Of a DNA stretch of 32,233 nucleotides, positions 31,455 to 32,233 are shown piece after piece (within the stretch, counting starts at the first letter, position 1; every line of letters starts with the position of its first letter). Position numbers and translations under genes: made by a program. Below the pieces are notes generated by a model that ran no database searches, had not been told where the DNA came from, and saw only the letters and a list, made by a program, of their open reading frames with translations. The DNA comes from Labilithrix sp. GTDB lineage: Bacteria; Myxococcota_A; Polyangia; Polyangiales; Polyangiaceae. The stretch covers positions 83,667-115,899 of the forward strand of contig JBGAFW010000028.1 in assembly GCA_044227045.1 (NCBI GenBank), given 5' to 3'.

Positions 31455-32233
31455 GTGATTAGCCTCGGTCCTCTCCGTGCAGGTAGTGAGCTCGTAAAAC
31501 GCGCACGCGCGATCGCAAGTGAGGTCGCCGCAAAGCATGCGGCCGACGTCGACTCGAAATCGCGCTTCCCGATCGAAGCGATCAACGCGATGAAGGAGGC
31601 CAAGCTCCTCTCCGCGGCGGTGCCGAAGGAGTTCGGCGGCGCAGGCTCGGACATGCACGAGCTCTCGGCGTGCTGCGTCGAGCTCGCGCAAGGATGCGCC
31701 GCGAGCGGGATGGTCTTCGCGATGCACATCATCCAGGTCGCGTGCATCGCGCGCCACGCGCAGTCGTCACCGTACTTCCAGAAGTACCTTCGCGAGATCG
31801 TCGACAAGCAGATCCTCATCGCGTCCGTCACCTCCGAGGTCGGAGTGTGGGGCGACACGCGATCGAGCATCTGCGCCCTCCAGACCAACCCCGACGGCAA
31901 GTGCCGCCTCGACAAGGACGCCACCACCGTCTCGTACGGCGCCCACGCCGAAGACTTGCTCGTCACCTGCCGCCGCAACCCCGACGCGCCGCCGAGCGAT
32001 CAGATCCTCGTCTTGCTTCGCAAGGGTGACTTCACGCTCGAGCAGACGACGAACTGGGACACGATGGGCATGCGCGGAACGTGCAGCCCCGGCTTCAAGC
32101 TGAGCGCGCCGAGCTTCTCGCCCGATCAGGTCGTCCCCGGATCGTTCGCGGAGTCGTCCGCGCAGACGATGGTCTCGTACTCGCACATCCTCTGGGGAGG
32201 CGTCTGGCTCGGCATCGCGGCCGACGCGGTCTC
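31455..32233 (+). CDS. Acyl-CoA dehydrogenase family protein, 5' portion (runs off the window end)
   Basis: Open frame from after TAG 31419-31421 to the window end. Translation ...ELVKRARAIASEVAAKHAADVDSKSRFPIEAINAMKEAKLLSAAVPKEFGGAGSDMHELSACCVELAQGCAASGMVFAMHI...TSEVGVWGDTRSS...QTTNWDTMGMRGTCSPGFKL matches ACAD N-terminal alpha and middle beta domains (FP.e....l.e.Gl.g..vPeeyGG.G). GTG 31455 is the first candidate start. The ORF track missed it because it is truncated. Confidence 0.75.
   Translation, partial: MISLGPLRAGSELVKRARAIASEVAAKHAADVDSKSRFPIEAINAMKEAKLLSAAVPKEFGGAGSDMHELSACCVELAQGCAASGMVFAMHIIQVACIARHAQSSPYFQKYLREIVDKQILIASVTSEVGVWGDTRSSICALQTNPDGKCRLDKDATTVSYGAHAEDLLVTCRRNPDAPPSDQILVLLRKGDFTLEQTTNWDTMGMRGTCSPGFKLSAPSFSPDQVVPGSFAESSAQTMVSYSHILWGGVWLGIAADAV

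Noticed and set aside
31398-31978. Two minus-strand ORFs (119 and 186 aa) at the window end
   Set aside because: They are antisense to the clearly recognisable acyl-CoA dehydrogenase frame on the + strand and carry no domain signatures.
1-32233. Search for CRISPR arrays, tRNA/rRNA genes, IS elements/transposases/integrases, and phage genes
   Set aside because: No regularly spaced direct repeats with unique spacers, no cloverleaf-compatible conserved tRNA motifs (GTTCGA/T-loop with paired acceptor stems) spotted in intergenic regions, and no DDE/tyrosine-recombinase or terminal inverted-repeat signatures. The only repeats are the short palindromic elements reported above.

Overview
This is a very GC-rich (~70%), gene-dense chromosomal segment that looks myxobacterial (Myxococcota-like). 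The signals for that are a bitopic Ser/Thr kinase with an AgmX/PglI-type periplasmic tail, a TIGR02996 'repeat-companion' protein, histone-H1-like Lys/Ala tails, many GTG/TTG starts, and high-GC artefact ORFs in alternative frames. I support about 25 protein-coding genes and no rRNA, tRNA, CRISPR array or recognisable IS/transposon. The genes are: the 3' end of an unknown gene; a secreted protein made of 'choice-of-anchor D'/HYDIN-like Ig repeats; a PHB-depolymerase-family esterase lipoprotein; a minus-strand string dinB (TTG start with strong SD) -> novel 4x Cys-rich-repeat lipoprotein -> MBL-fold hydrolase -> membrane Ser/Thr kinase; a secreted alpha/beta hydrolase; an SMI1/KNR4 (SUKH-1)-like protein with a poly-Lys insert behind a small lipoprotein; a translationally coupled HlyD-adaptor/ABC-ATPase/2x FtsX-permease exporter operon; a TIGR02996+LRR-like protein; two ~1,100-aa paralogous VIT-vWA-TPR giants with a YfaP/DUF2135-like C-terminus, convergent around Fe-superoxide dismutase, which differ by an envelope-anchoring module (TSP3+OmpA-C versus AgmX/PglI-C-like); a divergent NrtR-like Nudix/wHTH regulator and HTH-WYL (YafY-type) regulator pair sharing a 31-bp palindrome; a Wzy_C/O-antigen-ligase-like membrane protein divergent from a fused tandem alpha/beta-hydrolase; a coupled cupin->GNAT pair; and the 5' part of an acyl-CoA dehydrogenase. 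Non-coding structure includes several GC-rich hairpins between convergent genes, a tandem 57-bp palindromic repeat after sodB, twin identical 17-nt palindromes before the first VIT gene, AT-rich palindromes at secreted-protein promoters and over the dinB upstream region, and a sigma54-like -24/-12 motif ahead of the Cys-rich/MBL/kinase string. All domain calls come from reading motifs by eye. No database searches were run.
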